Below are positions 15,563 through 23,961 of a stretch of 55,306 nucleotides of DNA, piece by piece. The position numbers and the translations under genes are program-made. Source of the stretch: Patescibacteria group bacterium (GTDB lineage Bacteria; Patescibacteriota; Minisyncoccia; Phycocordibacterales; UBA9973). The DNA lies in NCBI GenBank assembly GCA_040388575.1, contig JAZKBO010000001.1:74776-130081 (forward strand), given 5' to 3'. The stretch's first letter is position 1; every line of letters begins with the position of its first letter. The notes under the pieces are model-generated. The model did no database searches and was not told the origin of the DNA. It saw only the letters and a program-made list of their open reading frames with translations.

Positions 15563-16225
15563 ATGAAAATAAAAGTTTTATATGAGGACTCAAATATTTT
15601 TGCTATCGACAAGCCGTCAGGTATTATGGTGCACCCAGATGAGCGAAGTAAAGAAAAAACGATTTTGGATTTATTTATTAAAAAATATCCGAAAGTTGAG
15701 GTGGTCCATCGTTTAGACAAAGATACTTCCGGAGTGATGTTATTAGCAAAAAATAAAAAAGCACATGAATTTTTGAAGCATCAATTTCAAGAGCGGACAA
15801 TAAAAAAGATTTATAATGCTATTGTTTCGGGCTCGGTGAAGCACGACAGGGGAATAATAAATAAGCCAATAGGTCGCAGCCCAAAGGATTTCCGCCGTTG
15901 GCTAGCCGGCAGGGGAGCTCGAGGTGAATTGCGAGACGCAGTTACCGACTATAAAGTTTTAAAAAGATTTACTGATAAAGGAATTAAATTTACTTACTTG
16001 GAAGTTAAGCCCAAAACCGGCCGCACACATCAAATCCGGGTCCATATGAAATTCCTAAATCATCCAGTTGCCTGCGACCCCCTTTATAATCCTGATAGCC
16101 CCAAGCCTACTGGCTTTAAGCGCCTGGCGCTCCACGCCGCGTCTATAGAATTCAAAAATCTAGCCGGCAAGACTATAAAAATAGAATCACCATTACCGCT
16201 TGAGTTTAAAAAAATCCTCAAATAA
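15563..16225 (+). CDS. RluA-family pseudouridine synthase
   Basis: Catalytic motif HRLDKDTSGVMLLAK and GRTHQIRVH. The ATG begins 1 nt after the tRNA CCA end. Confidence 0.85.
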   Translation: MKIKVLYEDSNIFAIDKPSGIMVHPDERSKEKTILDLFIKKYPKVEVVHRLDKDTSGVMLLAKNKKAHEFLKHQFQERTIKKIYNAIVSGSVKHDRGIINKPIGRSPKDFRRWLAGRGARGELRDAVTDYKVLKRFTDKGIKFTYLEVKPKTGRTHQIRVHMKFLNHPVACDPLYNPDSPKPTGFKRLALHAASIEFKNLAGKTIKIESPLPLEFKKILK

Positions 16226-16272
16226 CTTCGTTTGCCATAAAAAACCTTTTGTGCTAAAGTGTTTTTACTATT

Positions 16273-16692
16273 ATGGCAAGTGATATAGCAAGTAAAATTA
16301 AATTTAGTCCAGTAGATATTGATGCCCGTAAGAAGCTGGATTTCCGAGCTGGGGACAATGTCCGCGTCTGGTCTAAAATTCCTGAAGAAAAGGGTAAATT
16401 CCGCCTCCAGGCATTTGAGGGCACAGTCCTCGGCAGGAAACATGGTGCAGAATCAGGTGCAACCTTTACTGTTCGTCGCATAGCTTCCGGAGTAGGAGTT
16501 GAAAGAATTTTTCCATTATTTTCCCCAATGGTAGATAAAATTGAAATTGTTAAGAGGTCTAATGCTCGCCGCAGTAAGCTCTACTATATTCGAACTAAAG
16601 CTATTAAAGATGTCCGCCGTAAGATGCGTTCCTCAGTAGGTAGTGCAGAAGCTGAAGTTGAGGCGGCGGAAGTCAAAGTAGCAACCGAATAG
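16273..16692 (+). CDS. rplS: 50S ribosomal protein L19
   Basis: FRAGDNVRV...RLQAFEGTVLGRK...TFTVRRIASGVGVERIFPLFSP...KLYYIR. Has a C-terminal acidic extension. Confidence 0.9.
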   Translation: MASDIASKIKFSPVDIDARKKLDFRAGDNVRVWSKIPEEKGKFRLQAFEGTVLGRKHGAESGATFTVRRIASGVGVERIFPLFSPMVDKIEIVKRSNARRSKLYYIRTKAIKDVRRKMRSSVGSAEAEVEAAEVKVATE

Positions 16693-16711
16693 TTTGCTAT
16701 AATCTAATTAA

Positions 16712-16795
16712 GCGCGGGTGGCGAAACTGGTAGACGTACTACCTTGAGGTGGTAGCGCTCGCAAGAGCTTGGGAGTTCGAGTCTCCCCCCGCGCA
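16712..16795 (+). tRNA. tRNA-Leu, anticodon GAG
   Basis: Acceptor GCGCGGG/CCCGCGC, anticodon loop TTGAGGT, long variable arm, T-arm GGGAG-TTCGAGT-CTCCC. TGcTATAAT (hexamer 16698-16703) lies just upstream. Confidence 0.85.
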
Positions 16796-16804
16796 CAAGT
16801 TTAG

Positions 16805-16832
16805 TTGATTTTTAAATAAAAAGTGGTATTCT
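16805..16832 (+). promoter_or_regulatory. promoter driving cassette B
   Basis: TTGATT (16805-16810), 16-nt spacer, TGgTATTCT with the hexamer at 16827-16832. Confidence 0.45.
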
Positions 16833-16881
16833 TTTACCGGACACGTCTACGGATAGATAATTCATTTGACGGAGGTACACG

Positions 16882-17091
16882 ATGGACCAGCGTACAAGGA
16901 TAGTCGAAAACCAGTGCGCCAAGCACTACGGCACGGCGATTCTGGCCCGCCCGCCCCACCACATCGAGGAGCCCACCACGGCGCCGAAAAGCGTCGCCAC
17001 GGCGGCTGCGAAGAAGCCGACGACCCTCGAGAAGTTCAGCGGTCCGCCCGACCTTCAGCCGATCTCCAGTTCGGATCCGCGATGGAAGTGA
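16882..17091 (+). CDS. hypothetical 69-aa ORF B1 (may be non-coding)
   Basis: GGAGG (16871-16875) lies 6 nt before the ATG. The product is Pro/Ala-rich with no recognisable fold. High GC makes chance ORFs likely. Confidence 0.3.
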   Translation: MDQRTRIVENQCAKHYGTAILARPPHHIEEPTTAPKSVATAAAKKPTTLEKFSGPPDLQPISSSDPRWK

Positions 17092-17291
17092 AGCAGGCGG
17101 CCGCCAAGCAGCTCAACCTACTCGCCGTCGGGGAGCCATCATCATTCACTCCACCGCGCCGACCCACACCTTCACTCCAGACACTCAATCTGCGGCGGGA
17201 TGTGTGTATCGAGCTCGCCCGGCGACGTCGCCGAGCACAAATTGCGGCCCGACTCGCCCTCAAGCGCGCCGAACGCAACAGTCAGTCGTAG
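17082..17291 (+). CDS. hypothetical 69-aa ORF B2 overlapping B1 by 10 nt (may be non-coding)
   Basis: ATG at 17082 sits inside the end of B1 (..GCGATGGAAGTGA..). Very basic C-terminal helix ELARRRRRAQIAARLALKRAER. No independent SD. Confidence 0.2.
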   Translation: MEVKQAAAKQLNLLAVGEPSSFTPPRRPTPSLQTLNLRRDVCIELARRRRRAQIAARLALKRAERNSQS

Positions 17292-17299
17292 TCATCATC

Positions 17300-17340
17300 G
17301 CGCCGGCCGCGGATCTTTTCCAAAAAAGATCCCCCGGCGC
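17300..17340 (+). terminator. 16-bp GC-rich composite stem-loop closing cassette B
   Basis: GCGCCGG/CCGGCGC outer stem and GGATCTTTT/AAAAGATCC inner stem with loop CCAA. No T-run follows. Confidence 0.45.
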
Positions 17341-17351
17341 GAAAACGTTTA

Positions 17352-17360
17352 TGGTAGAAT
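17352..17360 (+). promoter_or_regulatory. extended -10 element TGgTAGAAT for leaderless msrB
   Basis: The hexamer ends 6 nt before ATG 17367, so the predicted start site coincides with the start codon. Confidence 0.45.
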
Positions 17361-17366
17361 ATAAAT

Positions 17367-17735
17367 ATGACTGAGGAAGAATTTAAACAAAAATTAACGC
17401 CCGAACAGTATAGAGTATTACGCGAGAAGGGGACCGAGATGCCTGGTACTGGCAAATATTTACATGAAAATAAGGACGGCACCTATGAGTGTATGGCGTG
17501 CGGTAATCCGCTTTTTACATCGGATGCTAAATTTGATTCTGGTACCGGCTGGCCATCATTCGATCAGGCAATTCCTGGCGCAGTGGAGGAGCATACCGAT
17601 AATACTTTAGGCATGGAACGTACAGAGATACTTTGCGCTCGGTGTAAATCCCACCTCGGGCATGTATTTAATGATGGACCAACGAAGACAGGCAAGCGCT
17701 ACTGCACTAATTCAGTGTGCTTAGACCTAAAGTAA
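17367..17735 (+). CDS. msrB: peptide-methionine (R)-S-oxide reductase
   Basis: CxxC...CxxC zinc motifs (CMACGNPLF, CARCKSHLGHVF), GTGWPSF, catalytic RYCTNS. Confidence 0.9.
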   Translation: MTEEEFKQKLTPEQYRVLREKGTEMPGTGKYLHENKDGTYECMACGNPLFTSDAKFDSGTGWPSFDQAIPGAVEEHTDNTLGMERTEILCARCKSHLGHVFNDGPTKTGKRYCTNSVCLDLK

Positions 17736-17741
17736 TAATTT

Positions 17742-18200
17742 ATGACTTTTTCAAATGACATTTTACTGCGTATAGCCATATTTGTTCTGGCCGTCTGTGG
17801 ATTTTTTGTAGCAAAGCATATCCGTAATCATAAAAAGTCCGGCAAGGTTTTGGTCTGTCCACTTAATATGGATTGTCACGGCGTGGTACATAGCGATTAC
17901 TCAAAATTTTTTGGTATACCGGTAGAAGTTATGGGTATGATTTATTACGGATTTATTTCCATTGCTTATTTGCTTTTCATCTTCATTCCGAATGATTTGC
18001 CGAATTTATTGATAGGAATTATGGCACTTACTTCCATCCTAGCTTTTTTATTTTCAGTTTATCTTATAAGTGTGCAACTTTTTGTGTTAAAGAAAGGCTG
18101 CTATTGGTGTTTTGTTTCCGCCTTTTTTTGTATTTTGATTTTTATTTTCACACTAATGTCTTATAATTTTGCACAAATAATGCAATTTTTCCATCGATAA
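17742..18200 (+). CDS. vitamin K epoxide reductase (VKOR) family protein
   Basis: 152 aa, 4-TM. Loop cysteines VCPLNMDC and active-site CYWC in the last TM. Confidence 0.75.
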   Translation: MTFSNDILLRIAIFVLAVCGFFVAKHIRNHKKSGKVLVCPLNMDCHGVVHSDYSKFFGIPVEVMGMIYYGFISIAYLLFIFIPNDLPNLLIGIMALTSILAFLFSVYLISVQLFVLKKGCYWCFVSAFFCILIFIFTLMSYNFAQIMQFFHR

Positions 18201-18244
18201 AAAGTGGCAATTACAGGCCTTTTTTGCTATAAATAGCAATACAT

Positions 18245-18320
18245 GGTGCCCATGGTGTAACGGTTAACACAGAAGCTTGTGGAGCTTTTAATTCGGGTTC
18301 GATTCCCGATGGGCACCCCA
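18245..18320 (+). tRNA. tRNA-His, anticodon GTG (G-1 and encoded CCA)
   Basis: An extra 5' G pairs with the discriminator C. Anticodon loop TTGTGGA, T-loop TTCGATT, terminal CCCA. Confidence 0.85.
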
Positions 18321-18324
18321 TAAA

Positions 18325-18756
18325 ATGCTTTCAAAAAATATTAAAAAAACTGCGGAAGTATCTAAGGTATTTCTGAATCGAATCCTTAAAGATACAAAAC
18401 AAAAAGGCGCCCTTGTCGTGGCCCTCTCGGGGGATTTAGGTGCGGGTAAAACCGCTTTCACTCAAACGTTTGGTAAACATCTGGGCATAAAAAATAAAAT
18501 GAGCAGCCCGACTTTTGTACTCATAAAAAAATACCCAATCAAACTTAAAGACTATAAATACTTTTTTCACCTAGATGCTTATCGTCTAAAGAATGAAAAG
18601 GAACTCCTGCATTTAGGATGGGATGAAATTATTAAGGATAAGGAGCATATAGTTTTCATTGAGTGGCCGGAGAATGTAGCCAAGGCAATACCGCGTGGCG
18701 CAAAGCGAGTAAAAGTTACTACTAACAAGGAAGGACATCGCAAGTTTAAATATTAG
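18325..18756 (+). CDS. tsaE: tRNA t6A biosynthesis protein TsaE
   Basis: P-loop GDLGAGKTAFTQ and SPTF motif. The ATG is 4 nt after the tRNA-His CCA. Confidence 0.85.
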   Translation: MLSKNIKKTAEVSKVFLNRILKDTKQKGALVVALSGDLGAGKTAFTQTFGKHLGIKNKMSSPTFVLIKKYPIKLKDYKYFFHLDAYRLKNEKELLHLGWDEIIKDKEHIVFIEWPENVAKAIPRGAKRVKVTTNKEGHRKFKY

Positions 18757-18769
18757 CTTGAATTTTAAT

Positions 18770-19267
18770 ATGTGGAACGACCCAAACATTGTAAAAGTAA
18801 TTAAGGAGGGAGGCATAGTAGTGATGCCTACTGATACTGTGTATGGCCTGGTGGGGGGCGCTCATGATTCCAAAGCCATAGAGAGAATATATCAAATAAA
18901 AAATAGACAAAAGGATAAAAAATTAATTAATCTAATTTCAGACTGGAGTGAGACGCAAAAGTGGGGTATCGATTCTTCGAAATTTAATATTCCCGTGTAC
19001 GACTCGCCGACAACATTTATTTTAGACGGTATATCTTTTCGGGTACCGCAGAGTAGTGAATTAATAACTCTCTTAAAACAAACTGGGCCACTGGTCGCAC
19101 CATCGGCTAACCCTGAGGGCCTACCACCTGCAAAAAATATTATGGAAGCAAAAAAATACTTTAGTGATAAGGTGGATTTATATATAGATGGGGGCGAGGT
19201 TGTAGGTAAAGCTTCCGAGGTTATTAGGCTAGAAGCTGATGGTACGGTGACAATTCTTCGGGCATAG
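18770..19267 (+). CDS. L-threonylcarbamoyladenylate synthase (TsaC/YrdC/Sua5 domain)
   Basis: PTDTVYGL and SANPEG motifs. The start is either ATG 18770 or TTG 18758. Confidence 0.8.
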   Translation: MWNDPNIVKVIKEGGIVVMPTDTVYGLVGGAHDSKAIERIYQIKNRQKDKKLINLISDWSETQKWGIDSSKFNIPVYDSPTTFILDGISFRVPQSSELITLLKQTGPLVAPSANPEGLPPAKNIMEAKKYFSDKVDLYIDGGEVVGKASEVIRLEADGTVTILRA

Positions 19268-19305
19268 AATTTTTACATTTCTTATGGTATAATGTTTCTA
19301 TAAAT

Positions 19306-19836
19306 ATGGCTCAACATCACATATCATTTTTGCAAAAATTGTTTGGTGAAAACGAAGACTCTCGCAAAAGAGTTTACCGCAGCATGAAGGCTAAGGCAGA
19401 TGCCAAGAGGACTGTGATAGAAAAAATTGCAGATCAAATGACATCTAACTTCGGCACCATGACATTCTTGGTTTTTAATGTGATTTTATTTATTGTTTGG
19501 ATAGTCATCAATACTGGTCAGATAAAAGATGTTCATCCATTCGACACTTTCCCATTCAATTTATTGACGATGATCGTTTCACTTGAAGCTATTATCCTAG
19601 CTATCTTCGTGCTTATCTCTCAAAACCGCACCGCCAAAGTAGATGATCTGCGCGAGGAAACACATCTCCAGCTTAACCTAATTGCCGAGCGGGAAATTAC
19701 TAAAATTATGAAAATGGTGGCGTTACTCCTGGAGAAACAAGGCATCGATATTTCACAAGATCCAGAACTTCATAAAATGTTACGTCCAGTTAGTGAAGCA
19801 GAGATCGAAAGGAGATTAGAAAAAGAAATTTTGTAA
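19306..19836 (+). CDS. DUF1003-type membrane protein
   Basis: Two TM segments and the SLEAIILAIFVLISQNR motif characteristic of DUF1003. TGgTATAAT (hexamer 19288-19293) lies upstream. Confidence 0.7.
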   Translation: MAQHHISFLQKLFGENEDSRKRVYRSMKAKADAKRTVIEKIADQMTSNFGTMTFLVFNVILFIVWIVINTGQIKDVHPFDTFPFNLLTMIVSLEAIILAIFVLISQNRTAKVDDLREETHLQLNLIAEREITKIMKMVALLLEKQGIDISQDPELHKMLRPVSEAEIERRLEKEIL

Positions 19837-19839
19837 TTT

Positions 19840-20853
19840 ATGGACATACTCTCCAATTATGATTTAACTAAGTTAAATACTTTCGGCATTGCTGCTCGAG
19901 CCAAATTTTTCGTAGAAATTAAGAGTGAAGAAGATTTACAAGAACTTTTCAAAACTTCGGAATTTAAAAATAATAAAAAATTATTCCTCGGCGGCGGCAG
20001 TAATATTTTATTGACTGGTGACTTTGATGGTTTGGTTATTGTTAATAAATTGAAAGGGATTGCTCTTGTGGAAGAGGATGAAAAAAATGTATGGGTAAGA
20101 TCCATGAGCGGTGAAGTTTGGCATGATTTGGTGAATTTTGCAGTGGGGAGGGGCCATTGGGGCATTGAAAACCTGGCTTTTATACCAGGTACTGTCGGTG
20201 CCGCCCCGATGCAAAACATCGGTGCCTATGGGGCAGAACTGGCGCAGGTTTTAGAAAATGTCGAAGCCATCTGCATAGAAAACGGTGAGAAAAGAATACT
20301 TAGTAAGGAGGAATGTAAACTAGGTTATCGAGACAGCATATTTAAAAATGAGCTTAAAAATAAATATTTTATTCTAGCGATAACTTTAAAGTTGAGCAAA
20401 GTTGAGCAAAAGAATCTTAACTACAAAGTCTTACAGGAACATCTAGAGAAAAATAAAATAGAGGTTAAAACTCCTAAAGATGTTAGTGAAGCCGTAACCG
20501 CTATAAGAAAGAGCAAGCTCCCGGATCCAGCGGTCATCGGAAACGCTGGCAGCTTCTTCAAAAATGTCTTTGTCGATAAAAAAAAGTTGGAGGAATTATT
20601 GAAATCCTACCCGGATGTGCCTTACTTTAATGAAGGCGAAATGATAAAAATACCATCGGCTTGGCTTATTGAACAATGTGGCTGGAAGGGCAAGCGGGTG
20701 GGGGATGCAGGGGTACATGACCGGCAAGCCTTAGTATTGGTAAATCATGGCGGGGCAACTGGGGCCCAGTTACAACACCTTGCAAAGGACATAATCGATT
20801 CAGTTTTTGAAAAATTTGGACTTAAACTTACCCCAGAAGTCAATTTGATTTAA
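19840..20853 (+). CDS. murB: UDP-N-acetylenolpyruvoylglucosamine reductase
   Basis: FAD-binding GGGSNIL, then the AGSFFKNP-like and C-terminal MurB pattern. Confidence 0.9.
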   Translation: MDILSNYDLTKLNTFGIAARAKFFVEIKSEEDLQELFKTSEFKNNKKLFLGGGSNILLTGDFDGLVIVNKLKGIALVEEDEKNVWVRSMSGEVWHDLVNFAVGRGHWGIENLAFIPGTVGAAPMQNIGAYGAELAQVLENVEAICIENGEKRILSKEECKLGYRDSIFKNELKNKYFILAITLKLSKVEQKNLNYKVLQEHLEKNKIEVKTPKDVSEAVTAIRKSKLPDPAVIGNAGSFFKNVFVDKKKLEELLKSYPDVPYFNEGEMIKIPSAWLIEQCGWKGKRVGDAGVHDRQALVLVNHGGATGAQLQHLAKDIIDSVFEKFGLKLTPEVNLI

Positions 20854-20879
20854 GGTGTCTCCAGTGTATAATAGAATAT

Positions 20880-21680
20880 ATGCAAACAGAATACATAAAA
20901 AATTTATATAGAGTCGGACTTACATTATTAGTGATTCTTTCTTTGTTTTTTGCAGTTAAATTGCTTAGTGAGTGGCGTGCTTATGGCATGATGGGATCAA
21001 ATGACTCTAACACTATTACGCTTTCCGGTCATGGCGAGGTAACTGCTGTGCCTGATATAGCATCGGTTTACTTTACAATTGAGTCTAGTAAAGCCACCCA
21101 AGGTGCATCTAGCGATGAGGTTAATACTAAAACCAAAAGCATTCTGGATTTCTTGAAATCGAGCGGCGTAGCGGATAAAGATATTAAAACTGAAAATTAT
21201 TCCTCATATCCTAAATATTCTAGTATCGCACCTTGCCCTATGTATATTAATTCCTCCGGTATCATGCCTCCTTGCAGGCAAGGGGAGTCTAAAATTATTG
21301 GCTACACAGTTTCTCAAAATATTAGCGTAAAAATCCGCAAGGCGGACGATGTTTCCAAAATAATTGATGGTATCAATAAAATTGGTGTAACAAATATGTC
21401 TGGGCCTAACTTTACCATTGACGATGAGGATGCACTTAAAGCAGATGCTCGCAAGAAGGCTATTGATGATGCTAAGACTAAAGCAGATGAATTAGCCAAG
21501 GAACTCGGAGTACATCTAGGCCGAGTGGCTAACTTCAGTGAGAATGGTAATTACCCTGTAATGTATGGCAAAGCAGTAATGGCTATGGATAGTGCAGGTT
21601 CTGCCCCAGTTCCAGCCCAAATCCCTAAGGGCGAGAATACTATTAGCTCGGATGTCACTATAACCTACGAAATAAGGTAG
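20880..21680 (+). CDS. SIMPL (DUF541) domain periplasmic protein
   Basis: N-terminal TM, then ITLSGHGEVTAVPDIASVYFTIE and a C-terminal ENTISSDVTITYEI pattern. TATAAT (20867-20872) ends 7 nt before the ATG. Confidence 0.75.
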   Translation: MQTEYIKNLYRVGLTLLVILSLFFAVKLLSEWRAYGMMGSNDSNTITLSGHGEVTAVPDIASVYFTIESSKATQGASSDEVNTKTKSILDFLKSSGVADKDIKTENYSSYPKYSSIAPCPMYINSSGIMPPCRQGESKIIGYTVSQNISVKIRKADDVSKIIDGINKIGVTNMSGPNFTIDDEDALKADARKKAIDDAKTKADELAKELGVHLGRVANFSENGNYPVMYGKAVMAMDSAGSAPVPAQIPKGENTISSDVTITYEIR

Positions 21681-21712
21681 GAATTGACTTTATAAGGAAA
21701 AAGAGTAATATT

Positions 21713-21740
21713 AAAAAAGCCCTTGAAAGGGGGCTTTTTT
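21713..21740 (+). terminator. rho-independent terminator after SIMPL gene
   Basis: AAAAAAGCCCTTGAAAGGGGGCTTTTTT. Confidence 0.7.
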
Positions 21741-21748
21741 AAAATAAA

Positions 21749-21934
21749 ATGTCAAAAATCACTCAATATTTGAAGGAAACAAGAGCGGAACTCAAGCATG
21801 TGATCTGGCCATCAAGGAGCCAGACTATTTACTATACCCTTATTGTTATTGTGCTTTCCGGACTCATCGCTTACTTTCTAGGAGTTTTTGATTACCTTTT
21901 CTCCACTGGACTAGGAAAAATACTTTCACTTTAA
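21749..21934 (+). CDS. secE: preprotein translocase subunit SecE
   Basis: 61 aa, ETRAELKHVIWPSR plus one TM. Directly precedes nusG. Confidence 0.85.
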   Translation: MSKITQYLKETRAELKHVIWPSRSQTIYYTLIVIVLSGLIAYFLGVFDYLFSTGLGKILSL

Positions 21935-21937
21935 TAT

Positions 21938-22483
21938 ATGTCAAAACAAGAAACCGAAGGACAAAGAAGTTGGTACGCTATTCATACTTATGCCGGGTAT
22001 GAAAATGTTGTTCTTCGTAATTTACGCCAGCGCATAGACTCCCTTGGCATGAATGATAAAATTTTCAACGTTATAGTACCAATTGAAAAGAAAATAAAAA
22101 TCAAAGGTGGCAAGCGTGTGGAAGTAGAGGAAAAGATTTATCCTGGTTACGTACTTGTAGACATGGTAGTTACCGACGATTCTTGGTACGTTGTGCGCAA
22201 TACCCCCAGAGTTACTGGCTTCGTAGGTGCAGGGGTTAACCCAGTGCCCCTCAAGAAAGAAGAAGTAGACTTTCTTTTCAAGAAAATGGATGCAGGTACT
22301 GCTAAACACAATATCGATATGGAGATAGGTGAGAGCGTGATCATTGTGGACGGTCCATTTAAGGACTTGGAGGGCAAGGTAAACACAGTAGATCAAGAGC
22401 GCGGCAAGGTTAAGGTTTTGGTTTCAATGTTCGGCCGCGAAACTCCAGTCGAGCTCGACTTCTTGCAAGTTAAGAAACTTTAA
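21938..22483 (+). CDS. nusG: transcription termination/antitermination factor NusG
   Basis: WYAIHTYAGYEN N-terminus and a KOW motif (VIIVDGPFKDLEGKV). Confidence 0.9.
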   Translation: MSKQETEGQRSWYAIHTYAGYENVVLRNLRQRIDSLGMNDKIFNVIVPIEKKIKIKGGKRVEVEEKIYPGYVLVDMVVTDDSWYVVRNTPRVTGFVGAGVNPVPLKKEEVDFLFKKMDAGTAKHNIDMEIGESVIIVDGPFKDLEGKVNTVDQERGKVKVLVSMFGRETPVELDFLQVKKL

Positions 22484-22508
22484 GTTAATGTAGGAAATAT
22501 ACAAATTT

Positions 22509-22931
22509 ATGGCAAAGAAAGTTACCAAAAAAATCAAACTACAAATCCAAGCTGCTAAGGCAACCCCTGCGCCGCCACTTGGGCCTGCGCTCGGACAAGC
22601 GGGTATCAACATTGGGGACTTCGTCACTAAATTTAACGCTGCTACCAAGGATATGGCAGGAGACAAAGTTGGTGTGGCTATTACTGTGTATGAAGACAGA
22701 ACCTATGACTTCGTAGTTAAGACCCCACCAGTTACTGGCCTTATTTTAAAGGCTGCTGGGGTAGAAAAAGGCTCTGGTAATCCAAAAACTACTAAAGTTG
22801 GCAAAATAACTAAAGCTCAAGCACTTGAAATTGCTAAAAAGAAAATGAAGGATTTCAATTCTAAAGATGATGCAGGTGCTATCGCCATCGTAGCCGGCTC
22901 CGCTCGAAGCATGGGGATCGAAGTGAAATAA
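22509..22931 (+). CDS. rplK: 50S ribosomal protein L11
   Basis: [26 protein letters not shown]... Confidence 0.95.
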   Translation: MAKKVTKKIKLQIQAAKATPAPPLGPALGQAGINIGDFVTKFNAATKDMAGDKVGVAITVYEDRTYDFVVKTPPVTGLILKAAGVEKGSGNPKTTKVGKITKAQALEIAKKKMKDFNSKDDAGAIAIVAGSARSMGIEVK

Positions 22932-22935
22932 AGCA

Positions 22936-23943
22936 TTGTCACTACCTTATCTAACTAAACTCGTAATCAAATTGGCGCCAAAGGTTGGCGCCAGAGTTGT
23001 TTTAGAGCCTGAATGGGGGATAGCGGCGCAGATAGTGTATAAAAATGGCGTTACTAGATCACTCCGGTATCTTTCCTTGGATTTAAATCACATTGCATCT
23101 GCTGACATTGCTAAAGACAAGGGCTATGCGAAATTTTTCATAAAAAAACTAGGTTATCCGGTTGCGGATGGCGTCACAGTTCTTAAAGACTCCTGGGCCA
23201 AGGCTATTAAAAGTAAAAAGAATATTTTATATGCAATTAGATATGCCGCGCGCGCTGGCTACCCGCTCATTGTAAAGCCAAATAGCCTAAGCCAAGGCTT
23301 TGGAGTAGCTCTCGTATCGAATAATAAAGAATTACGCCAAGCACTAAGCCAAATTTTTAAAGAAGATAAAATCGCGATTCTTGAAAAATATTTACCGGGC
23401 AAGGACTATCGCATTGTAGTGCTTGATAGCGATGTAATCTCCGCCTATGAACGCATTGCGCTGTCAGTAGTGGGGGATGGTAAACACTCGATACTTTCAT
23501 TATTGAAGACAAAACAAAATAATTTTATTAAATCCGGCCGCGACACCAGGATAAACTTCGCTGATGCTCGCATGAAGTTAAAATTACAAAAACAAAGTTT
23601 AACTTGGAAAAGTATCATACCAAAAGGCAAGAAAATATATCTTTTAGACAATGCCAACCTCTCTACTGGAGGGGATTCAGTGGATGTAACTAACACAATT
23701 CACTCCGGCTTCCGCAAAATTGCCATTAACCTTACTCGCGAGATGGGTCTACGTATTTCTGGGGTAGATATAATGGTTACTAGGGGAAACATAACGGAAG
23801 ATCCCAAAAAGTGTAAATATTATATTATTGAAATCAATGCGGCACCTGGCCTTGACCATTATGTGACCACCGGCGCCAAGCAAAAGAAGATTGTGGAGGC
23901 AATGTATTTGAAGGTGCTGAAAGCACTTGGAAAAAAAGATTAG
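22936..23943 (+). CDS. ATP-grasp ligase resembling the cyanophycin synthetase (CphA) ATP-grasp domain / RimK-type enzymes
   Basis: TTG start 4 nt after the rplK stop. Motifs IAKDKGYAK, PLIVKPNSLSQGFGV, VVGDGKHSI, NLSTGGDSVDVT and IIEINAAPGL. No Mur-ligase-like C-terminal half. Confidence 0.7.
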   Translation: MSLPYLTKLVIKLAPKVGARVVLEPEWGIAAQIVYKNGVTRSLRYLSLDLNHIASADIAKDKGYAKFFIKKLGYPVADGVTVLKDSWAKAIKSKKNILYAIRYAARAGYPLIVKPNSLSQGFGVALVSNNKELRQALSQIFKEDKIAILEKYLPGKDYRIVVLDSDVISAYERIALSVVGDGKHSILSLLKTKQNNFIKSGRDTRINFADARMKLKLQKQSLTWKSIIPKGKKIYLLDNANLSTGGDSVDVTNTIHSGFRKIAINLTREMGLRISGVDIMVTRGNITEDPKKCKYYIIEINAAPGLDHYVTTGAKQKKIVEAMYLKVLKALGKKD

Positions 23944-23961
23944 AGGGAGTATATTTAAGAA

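Larger units (their letters stand above)
16840..17345. other. GC-rich cassette B (compositional island)
   Basis: 16921-16980 counts 70% GC. ORFs are open in three frames. Bounded by the tRNA-Leu 3' side and the msrB promoter. Confidence 0.85.

Noticed and set aside
16866-17291. 141-aa TTG-initiated ORF spanning all of cassette B, and an 80-aa antisense ORF.
   Set aside because: It has no RBS, the product is highly Arg/Pro/Ala-biased, and a chance ORF is likely at 70% GC. I report the two ATG-initiated sub-ORFs only at low confidence.
10505-17345. Cassettes A and B interpreted as classical tRNA-targeting integrative elements.
   Set aside because: There is no integrase. The segments are only 0.5-0.8 kb. 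The only flank similarity is a ~10-nt imperfect match to the tRNA-Leu 3' end, which is weak in GC-rich DNA. I keep this as a hypothesis inside the findings, not as an annotation.
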